Shown here one piece after another: positions 55,391 through 64,000 of a stretch of DNA of 64,000 bases. The stretch is from an uncultured Gemmatimonadales bacterium (lineage in GTDB: Bacteria; Gemmatimonadota; Gemmatimonadetes; Longimicrobiales; Gaopeijiaceae), in contig CAWGKG010000004.1 of NCBI GenBank assembly GCA_963823035.1, positions 1-64,000 on the forward strand, written 5' to 3'. A program made the position numbers and the translations under genes. How positions within the stretch are numbered: position 1 is the first letter of the stretch; every line of letters begins with the position of its first letter. The notes beneath the pieces were generated by a model, which saw only the letters and a program-made list of their open reading frames with translations, had not been told where the DNA came from and did no database searches.

Positions 55391-57279
55391 ATGCCCACGC
55401 ACCGGAGAGTGTCCCATCTGTTCGGCGCCGCGGCCGAGGCCGCCGCCGCCGCGTCCCGATCCTTCGGCACCGGCCCCGCCTCGGCGGTGGTGTTCTGGGG
55501 CAGTTCCCCGGAAGTCGAGGTGGTGCACCAGACGGGGATGCCCGACGACGTCTGTCGGGCGCTGGCGCGCCGCGGGCGGACGTCACCTGGCCGAGGCCGC
55601 GCGGCGACATGGGCGTCCCGTGCGCGTGAAGACATCGGACCTGTCGGCGGAGTCGGAAGCGCTGGCCGCCTCGCTGCGAGGCCACGACGTGTCCACGCTG
55701 GTGGTCCTTCCCCTCCACGGGGAGAGCGGGGTGATCGGGTGCCTGGTGATTCCGGAGACGGAGGACGCGCCGACGTTCCCGGTCGACGAGAGGTGGCGCG
55801 AAGCCAGCATGATCCTCGGCGCCTTGCAGGTGGCGGCGGGTGCCGCAGCCCTGCGCCTGGCGCTCGGCGAGGAGGACGGCTGTCCGCCGACGCTCTTCGA
55901 CGGCGTCGTGGTGGTGGACCGATGGGAGCGCGTGCTGTTCGCGGACGGCGTGGTTCTCGGCAATCCGGGGTGGGAAGGACCCGACCCGTTCGGTCGGTCT
56001 CTGGACCAGCTTCCCGGCGGCACGCTGCTGTCGACGTTGAAGACCGGCGCGCCGGGCGCGCTCGTGTGGGCGCAGCACCTCTTCCCGCCCGTCGAGGGTC
56101 GGGGTATCCCGGTCGAGATGGCGTCCGTTCCGGCGGGTCTCGAGGAGGGAGGCGACTCCGGGGTCCGTATCGTCCTGGTGAGGGATCTGCGTGCGGACAA
56201 CGACTCCCGCGCAGATCCTTCGTCGCGCATGGTGGCGCTCGCCCTCCGGCTCGCGCACGCCGCGGCGGAGGTGGCGGCCGTGTTGCCGGCCGAGCCCGGG
56301 GATGGTGAGGAATCGGTGATCCCCCCAGCGTTCCTCGACGCGGTGCGCAGGGTGCCCGCGCTCGGTCGTGCCGTGCTCGAGCGCGTTCTCGGTCGGGAGG
56401 GCGTGCGCCGCTGCAACCTGAACCAGGCGACCTCGGAGGTGCTCGACCGCGTGCGTGACGAGTTGGAGGTCGCGCGCGTGTCCGTGTTCAGCTTCCTCAG
56501 ACCCGGCCTGGGGACCGTACCGGCGGACGCGCTGGAGCTGCGGCACGTGGTGCGCACGCTGGTGGCGAAGGCCCGGAGGTCCCTGAGGGCATCCGGGGGC
56601 ACGTTGACGGCGCGCACCTGGTCGGAGGAAGGGTTCGCGTGCCTGGCCATCTCCGACGACGGTGCGGGCGTGGGGCTCAGCAAGGCCGCTGCGGCCGCGA
56701 GCTTCCAGCCGCTGTTCGCCGACGAGCAGGATGGCCTGGATTCCGAGCTCGACGCCTTGAAGGCCACCGTCGACGGCTGGGGTGGGCGCTTCCTCGTGGA
56801 GCAGCGCCCCGGCGTATGGAACCGCTACACGCTCATGCTGCGCGAGGCGTACGACGACGACGCAGCCGATCGTCCGGCCCGCGAGGGCGCGCAAGACCGC
56901 GGACGCGAAGAACGGGAAGGGACTGCATGTCCTGGTGGTGGACGACAACGCGGCGCTGCGTAGCGTCGTGAAGCGCTTCCTGGAGCGGCGTGGCCACGAA
57001 GTGACCGAGGCGGTCGATGGGGAGGAGGCGCTCGGCCTCTGCGGCGGGCGGGAGTTCGACCGGCTGATCGTGGACGTGTGCATGCCCAACAAGACCGGTC
57101 CGGAGTTCTATCAGGGCCTCGAGGCCGTGGCGCCCGCCCTCCGCCCGCGGACGTTCTTCATGACCGGCGGGGGGCTCGAAGAGCACGACGAGCGCTTCGT
57201 GCTGGAGTGCGGACGGCCCTCGATCATGAAGCCCTTCGACCTCTCGGAGCTGGCGAAGACCGTGGAGGCGGCGGTCTAG
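55391..57279 (+). CDS. GAF/PAS-like degenerate hybrid kinase with C-terminal receiver (frameshifts ~55580 and ~56870)
   Basis: LVVLPLHGESGVIG (GAF-like), DGVVVVDRWERV (PAS-like), ISDDGAG and receiver VLVVDDN...IVDVCMP...KPF. Confidence 0.72.
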
Positions 57280-57512
57280 GAGCCTTCCGAGTAGGACAAC
57301 AGGCCGCCCACAACCATATGGGTGACACGAACATAGACGGCTGTGGGTTGGGGCGGCACGGCCCCGACGACGCTTCGCGTTGTTCCTCGTCGTTGGTGCC
57401 CTCGACGTAGCTAAGGCTACGCCTTCGGAGCGCGCCTGGATGTGGGGCAGTGGCGCTGCGGGGGACCTGCGCGCAGCGCGGGTCGCGGCCTATGGTGTAC
57501 TCGGACAGGCTC
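57280..57512. mobile_element. Putative MITE, 233 bp
   Basis: Ends GAGCCT-TCCGAGTA and TACTCGGACAGGCTC are inverted repeats; CTAG on both flanks (57276-79, 57513-16); no coding capacity. Confidence 0.72.
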
Positions 57513-57530
57513 CTAGACTAGCCTCCGGCC

Positions 57531-57923
57531 TCAGGCGTGCCCGTTCTCCAACAGCGAGACGACCGCGGGAAAGGGGAACGGCTTCTGGAGCCAATGGACC
57601 GCTTCGTCCACGTCCTCGTTGTCACCGATGGCGCCCCCCGTCATCAGGACGACCGTGCCCGCATACTGCCGACTCCGGAGCCGACCCAGCACGGCCCGAC
57701 CTCCTCCACCCGGCATGCGATCGTCGACCATGACCGCGTCGAAGTCGCGGCCCTCCAGGAGTTCCATGGCGCCGGAGGCGTCCGGGGCGGTGACGACCTC
57801 GTGGCCACGCCGCTCGAGCACGCGCTGGATGGCGCGCAGGATCATCGGCTCGTCGTCGGCGACGAGCACGCTGAGACGGCGGGCGGGAGCGCCGTCGGAG
57901 GGCGTGGCGGGATCGGACTGCAT
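57531..57923 (-). CDS. Single-domain response regulator
   Basis: VLVADDEP...VMVDDRMPGG...LMTG...QKPF. Confidence 0.88.
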   Translation of the reverse strand: MQSDPATPSDGAPARRLSVLVADDEPMILRAIQRVLERRGHEVVTAPDASGAMELLEGRDFDAVMVDDRMPGGGGRAVLGRLRSRQYAGTVVLMTGGAIGDNEDVDEAVHWLQKPFPFPAVVSLLENGHA

Positions 57924-57985
57924 GGGAGGACCCTCCCGGGGGTAGGAAGGACGACGGATGGTCGCAGTACTCGGGGGATTTGAAC

Positions 57986-60323
57986 TTAGGATGGAACGCG
58001 AGGCCGAGGAAGCCTCGTTGTAGGTGCCCCTCCCGGCTGTTCAGGGGGTCGGCTTGCCACCCAGAACTGGTACATGCTCGCGAAGGTGTCCGGGTTCTCG
58101 GGCTCGAAGTGATGCCAGGCGTCGAGGCTCCGGTAGTCGCAGGCTCGGGAAACCGCGCGGAAGGCCTGGGCCACCGATCCGGTCAGGCTGTCCACCCGAC
58201 GAATTCCGGCCCAGGGTATCCAGAGCCTCGGCGATCTGCGGCAGCGTGAAGCGGTGCTCCTGCACATGGAGCAGCAGGTCGCGACACTCGTGCATGTTGA
58301 GAAAGTCGCGCCACCGCGCGGGGGATTCCTCCGGCGCGTCGGCGAAGTGGGCCGCGATCTGCGGGCGCGCACGACGGATGTCCTCGGCCGTGGCGGCCCA
58401 ACCCTGCTCGGCGATGTATGCCCTGGCCTCCACCACGGAGCGGCGAGCCACCTCGCTGTAGAGCCCGATCTTCATGAAGCCGCCCGGGGCGAGCAGTCGG
58501 GTCAGCACCGACCACCCGGCCATGGGGTCTTCCATGTGGTGGAGGACGCCCGCGCACTCGATGACGTCGAAGGGCTCGGTCCAGGCGCCGAGCGCGAGGA
58601 TGTCGGCCTGGACGACCGAGACGTCCTCGAAGCCGAGCTCGGCGGCCTTGCGCACGGCGTACGCCAGGCTCGAGCGGCTCAGGTCCACGCCGTTGACACG
58701 CGCGCCCTGGAAGCGGCCCGCAACGTTCAGGAGGTGCTGGCCGGTCCCGCAGCCGGCCACCAGGATCCGCGGTCGGGATACCTGGGCGAGGCGCTCCGTC
58801 CGGGCCCAGGGAAACTGACTCCGTAGCGCCTCCGCGGCGGGCACGGGCTCGTGCGCGTAGAGGCTCAACCAGCGCGGATACGGGTGCTCCTCGTACATGT
58901 CCCGCACCTCCGCGGACACCTGCGTGGCCAGCTCGCCGAAGGTGGGGATGAGCTCCTTCAGGCCCTCCTCCTGCAAACCCTCGCGGATCTGTTGGCGTAC
59001 CAGCTCCCTCAGAAGCACTTCGTCGTCGGCGTCGGACCAGGCCAGGACCTCGCTCGCCCGCTCCCACTGCAGGAGCGGCACGTAGCTCCCGAGGATCGCC
59101 ACCTTGAGACGGTCCCCGACGGATCGGTCCCGAGGCGACGTCCCGCCATCGTCGGCACGAGTCCCTCCACCTCGGCGGTCTCGCCGTCGTCCCCACGGCC
59201 ACACGTAGCCGTTGTGGAAGCACTGTCGCGCGATGCTGAACGCGGCGTCCTGCGTTCCCGAAGGAAGGTGGGCGGCCGCGGTGGGCCGGGCGTGCGCGAG
59301 CGCGAGGTGTCGACGCGCGCGCGTGAAGAGCAGCTCCCACGACGCGTCGGGTACCACGGTCTTCTCCAGGAGGAGCGCGATGGCGGGGTGGGCCAGCCTC
59401 GCCCAGCTCTCGTCCTGCTTCAGCAGCGCGTCCACGGCCTCTTCTCCCCGGTCGGCGGCTTCCCGCCAGGAGGGGGCCCGTCTGCGCATGGGCGCGCAGG
59501 ATGGAGAGGCTCACCCGCGCGAGCCGGCGGTGGTCGACGCCGTCGCGGCGCAGGCAGGCCAGCAAGACGGGCATGAGGTGCTCGGCGGTCTCCGCGTCGC
59601 GCGCGCCGACGGACTTGAACGTCTCCGTGAACGTCGTCCAGCGGCCGGGATTGTCCGGGTCCGCCTGCACCTGCTGCCAGAGCACGTCGAGCGTCTCCTT
59701 GACCAGGTCGGGGTTGGTTGCACCCTCCCTCGCCACGATCGCCGCGAGGTTGGTCGCCGCGAGCGCGCGCTCGCCGTCCCCTGCAGCATCCGCGGCGTTG
59801 CGGAAGGCGGCTCCGGCCCCGGCGAGGTCCCCGGATCGCTCCAAAGCAACACCCAGGTCGTTCCAGACCACGGCGTCCTCGGGCGCCAGCTCGACCGCTT
59901 TGCGGCAGCAGGCGGTCGCCTCGTCCCAGCATCGGCCCAGCGACCGAAGGGCACCGCCCCGCGCGCTCCAGCGCGGACCCGCGCCCGCGGATCCGCCGCC
60001 ACGGCACGCGCGTGCGTGACCTCCGCGTCCTCGAGTCGCTCCGCCTTCTCGTACGCGACGCCGAGGTTGTAGAGGAACGTCGCGTTCCGCGGGTGCAGCT
60101 CGACCGCGCGCGTGAGCGCGTGGATGCCCTCTTCGGCGGCGCCCGATTGCACCAGCGCAACGCCGAGGAGTGCCGTGGCTTCGGCGTGGCGCGGTTCCCG
60201 TGCGAGGAGGCTCTTGTAGGCGGCCTTGGCCTCTTCGAGGCGGTGGCCGCGATGGAGGGCGAGGGCGTCGTCGAGGGTGGCGGAACTGCTGGAGTCGTCC
60301 AGGTCGAGAGGGGATGGAGGACA
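57986..60323 (-). CDS. TPR-repeat plus class I SAM-dependent methyltransferase (frameshifted)
   Basis: TPRs (FLYNLGVAY, WNDLGVAL); MYEEHPYPRW, ILVAGCGTGQ, GVLHH, ECRDLLLHVQEHRF, SMYQFW. Confidence 0.85.
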
Positions 60324-60366
60324 AGCTGGCCTTCCTCTTTATGTGTGAGCCGAAACGATACGCCGA

Positions 60367-60394
60367 GTATCGGTCGCTGAGGGCTGGATCTTGA
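60367..60394 (-). promoter_or_regulatory. sigma28 promoter for the TPR-methyltransferase
   Basis: Minus strand reads TCAA-N16-ACCGATAC. Confidence 0.65.
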
Positions 60395-60455
60395 GTCGGA
60401 ACACCCCGACGGAGGTCTCCGCTCCACGCGCTCCCGAGTTTTTTCCCGACCGCGC

Positions 60456-60482
60456 TAAAGTCCGCTTTCCTTTTTCCGATAC
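60456..60482 (+). promoter_or_regulatory. sigma28 promoter for flagellin
   Basis: TAAA-N15-TCCGATAC. Confidence 0.8.
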
Positions 60483-60532
60483 TCTCTTCAGCGGCCGGAA
60501 ATGGGCCGGCCAACAAACGGGGCCCCGGCCCC

Positions 60533-60552
60533 ACGGAGCAAGGACGCTCCGT
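60533..60552 (+). promoter_or_regulatory. CsrA-binding hairpin in the flagellin leader
   Basis: Stem ACGGAGC/GCTCCGT with loop AAGGAC, about 30 nt before the ATG. Confidence 0.7.
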
Positions 60553-60580
60553 TTTCAATCTCAATGGAAGGAGAACCCCC

Positions 60581-61701
60581 ATGCGCATCAACACGAACGT
60601 CTCCGCGCTGAACACCCAGCGGGTCCTGGGCAAGACCAACGCCGCGGTCGCCAAGCAGATCGGCCGTCTGTCTTCGGGCTTCCGGATCAACAGCGCGTCG
60701 GACGACGCCGCCGGCCTCGGCATCGCGAACAAGCTGCGCACCGACGTCCGTTCGCTTCAGCAGGCTCGCGCAACGCCGAGCAGGCGACGGCGATGCTGCA
60801 GGTCGCGGAGGGCGCCACGTCCACGATCGGCAACATCCTGGACCGGATGAAGGAGCTGGCGGCGCAGGCTGCTTCGTCGAACTCCGGCGACCGCACCGGT
60901 CTGCAGAACGAGTTCTCGACGCTCCGCGACGAGATCACGCGCATCGTCGACACCACGAAGTACCAGGGCACCGCGCTGGTCGACGGCACGATGGGCAACG
61001 CGTTCGACGCCGGCGCCAGCGAGCTCGACGCCAACGCCGCCGTGCAGGTCAGCACGATCAAGGGTCCGGCGCGGCCGACACGTACACGCTCGCCACGGTC
61101 GACGCGACGCACTCAGCGCCACGGACGGTCCGGCAACGTGCAGGTCCTGACCGTCGCCTCGACGGGCGCGCAGTCGGTGTCTTTCGACCGCTTCGGGATC
61201 TCCTTCTCGACCGCGACGGGCTTCGACATCTCCGGCGCCAACGACGCCTCAGCGCGAACAACGATGTGGTGGTCGCCGCGGGTACCGACGCCGCCTAGTT
61301 CATGGTGAGCTCGAGCGGCTCCTACGCCAGCGACGACCTCGTGTCGCTGAGCACCGCGATCGACCTGTCGACGGGTGCGTCGGGCCTGAACATCGCGACC
61401 GACGACCTGAGCACGCAGAGCGGCGCGCAGACCGCCCTCGCGTCCATCGACGCCGCCGTGGCCACGGTCAACACCGCGCTGTCCACGATCGGTGCCACGC
61501 AGAACCGGATCGACTTCGCGTTCAGCAGCGTGAAGACCACGACCCAGAACTTCTCGGCCGCCGAGTCCACGATCCGTGACGCCGACATGGCATGCCGAGA
61601 TGACGGAGCTCAGCCGGGTGCAGATCCTGCAGCAGGCCGGCACGGCGATGCTCGCGCAGGCCAACCAGGCCCCGCAGGGCGTGCTGCAGCTCCTGCGGTA
61701 A
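60581..61701 (+). CDS. fliC: Flagellin (frameshifted)
   Basis: MRINTNVSAL, LSSGFRINSASDDAAGL, GATQNR, AESTIRDAD, ILQQAGTAMLAQANQAPQGVLQLLR*. Confidence 0.96.
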
Positions 61702-61734
61702 CGACCCGGCCGGGGAGGCTCATCCTCCACGCTC

Positions 61735-61779
61735 AAACGAGGCCGGCGTCGGGCTCGAGCCCGGCGCCGGGCTTCGTTT
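61735..61779 (+). terminator. Intrinsic terminator-like hairpin after fliC
   Basis: AAACGAGGCCGGCGTCGGGC-TCGA-GCCCGGCGCCGGGCTTCGTTT inverted repeat. Confidence 0.65.
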
Positions 61780-61791
61780 CGCCGCGCCCGC

Positions 61792-61818
61792 TAAAGTCCG
61801 GGGCGATCCCGCCGATCC
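61792..61818 (+). promoter_or_regulatory. sigma28 promoter for fliD
   Basis: TAAA-N15-GCCGATCC. Confidence 0.75.
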
Positions 61819-61873
61819 TCGATGACAGGAGCGTCCAACCCAGCAGCCGCGCGTCGCCGAAGCGACGACTGAC

Positions 61874-64000
61874 ATCGACCCCATCGCGACCTTCAGCGGC
61901 CTGGCCAGCGGCGTCCAGTGGCGGGACATGGTCGACCAGATCATGCAGGTCGAGCGGCGACCGGCGGCCCTGCTGGAGCAGCAGATCGCCAGCATCCAGA
62001 CGCGCTCGGCGGCGTGGCTCAGCTTCCAGAACAAGCTCGGACATTCCAGGATGCGGTGAAGGGGCTGGCCGACGGGTCCGCGTTCGAGAAGTTCTCGACG
62101 TCGTCTCCGGGAGCGGCTTCAAGGCCTCCACCGTCGCGACGCCTCGCCGGGCTCGTACTCGGTAGAGGTGCTCCGGCTCGCCGCGGCCGAGAAGCTGGGC
62201 GGCGACATCCTCGCTTCGAGCTCCACGGCGCTGGGTCACTCCGGCGAGTTCTGGATCAACGGGGCCGCATCGGTTCGGTGCCGCGGACACCCTGACCGAC
62301 ATGGCGTACACCATCAACGCGGCGAATACGGGCACGAACGCGACAGGCGTCTCCGCGTCCGTGGTCACCGCGGGCGGCGGATACCAGCTCGTCCTCACGA
62401 GCCAGAACACCGGCGCCGCGGGCATCGACCTCGTGGACGGGGCGGACGGCGTCGCGAGCGGCCTCGGCTTCACGGACGGCCTGCTCACCCTCAAGCACGT
62501 GACCTCCGACGGCGCGAGAGCGACGCGTTCACGAGCAAGTCGACGGCGGTCTCGACCCTGCGGGGGATGACCGGTACGTCCACCGGGAACGTCACGATCG
62601 GATCGGGAACGGGAGTCTTCAGGTCAATGTGGACCTGACGCAGGGCCTCGAGCAGATCGCCGCCGCCATCCAGTCGGCCGCGACGACCGCCGGAAGCGGC
62701 GTGACGGCGTCGGTCGTCTCGGAAACCGTGGACGGAGCCACCGTCTACCGCCTGGATATCAGCGGCACGACGACGTTCTCCGACGACGGCGGCGTGCTCC
62801 AGGGGCTCGGGGTGTTGGAGGGGGGACGGGGCACGGTGGCGCAGACGCTCACGTCCGGCACGGCGCTCCTGTCGGGTGGCTCACCGGCCGCCGGCACCAC
62901 GGATCTCACCGCGCTGGACGGGGGCCCGCAGCTCGGCGACACCTTCACGGTCAACGGCACGAAGTCGGACGGCACCACTTTCTCCCTGACGCTGACCGTA
63001 GCGGACCCGGCGGTTCCTGCCAGCGGCACGGTGAAGACGCTGGACGACGTCCTCGCGGCCCTGAACGGCGCGGGAGGGTTCGACGGCACGGCCACCGCCT
63101 CGCTGGTCGACGGGCAGCTCGTCCTGACCGACGCGACGGGCGGCGCCAGCCAGCTCGGCCTCTCCATCGTCGCGCACAACGAGGCCGGCGGCACGCTGGA
63201 CTTCGGCGACTTCGAGGTGACCACGGTCGGCCGGCGACGCGAGATCGTTGCGGGTGCCGACGCGGCCGTGCGCATCGACGGCGTGTACTCGACGCACGCC
63301 ACGAACAGCGTATCCGGTGCGATTCCGGGCCTGAGCCTGTCCCTCACCGCGGTAACGACGGAGCCCGGGGTCCTGACGGTCTCGCGCAACATCGACGCCG
63401 TGGTCTCCTCGGTGAAGGCGCTCGTGTCCACGTACAACGACATCTCCGCGTTCGTGACCGACCAGTCCACGGGTGGGGAAGGCTCCACCAAGCCACTGGC
63501 GGGAGACAGCACGCTCCGCTCCATGATGTCGCAGGTACGGACGACGATGCAGGCTTCGCTGACCACCGGCGTCGGGGGTGCGTGGTCCCGCCTCGGAGAG
63601 CTGGGCATCCAGATCCAGAAGGACGGAACGTTCGAGCTCACCGAGTCCACGCTTCGATCCGCCCTCGCGAGCGACCCGACCGCCGTCGAGCGGCTCTTCG
63701 GCGTCTACGGGACCACGGCCGGCTCCGGGCTGAGCTACCTCTCCGGCTCCGACGCGACGGCCACGGGCACGTACACGGTGGCGGTCACCACCCCGGCGAG
63801 CGTCGCTTCGGTGCTCGGGAGCACGAACCTCGCGGACGGGTTCGACGCCGTGGACGACACGCTGACCATCACGGACCTGGGCTCGGGGAAGAGCTACGAG
63901 ATCGCGCTCGTCAACGGGGAGTCGGCGGCGACGGTGCTCGCCAACGTCCAGGCCGAGCTGGCCAGCGACAAGGTCCACGAGATCGGCTCCTCTGCAGCGC
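61874..64000 (+). CDS. fliD: Filament cap FliD, long form (frameshifted, runs off window; start approximate)
   Basis: FSGLASGVQWRDMVDQIMQVERRP, INAANTG...YQLVLTSQNTG, DA.VRIDGV...TNSVSGAIPG, LVSTYND, LAGDSTLRS. Confidence 0.88.

Noticed and set aside
57280..57530. Possible CsrA-sponge sRNA (about six GGA motifs)
   Set aside because: The GGA count is near chance for this composition, and the inverted repeats explain the segment better as a MITE.

Overview
This is very GC-rich bacterial DNA. The gene content and style suggest Gemmatimonadota (inference). The first ~9.5 kb holds glpD (partial), a small membrane protein, a PadR plus duplicated ABC-permease pair, a YjbR-like protein, a D-aminoacylase and a CckA-type PAS hybrid kinase. 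The remaining ~54 kb is one chemotaxis and flagellar supercluster: cheYBR, cheAW, an MCP, flgL-fliW, an NtrC-type activator, flgBC-fliEFGHIJ-fliK-flgDE, fliLMNOPQR-flhBAFG, fliA-flgFGAHIJNK-csrA, motAB, fliC and fliD. Many genes carry small frameshifts in patches, most likely long-read errors, so several coordinates are approximate. Main observations: (1) the FliK-position protein contains an intact-looking M15 Zn peptidoglycan-peptidase domain, while FlgJ lacks its hydrolase domain; (2) a ChpT-like phosphotransferase, two degenerate hybrid kinases, a CckA-type kinase and a lone receiver could form a flagellar phosphorelay; (3) three sigma54 promoters share a tandem CGGAA-N5-TTCCG enhancer and an IHF-like 25-mer; (4) seven sigma28 promoters bring a TonB-C protein, a pseudokinase and a TPR-methyltransferase into the late regulon; (5) a 233-bp CTAG-flanked MITE.
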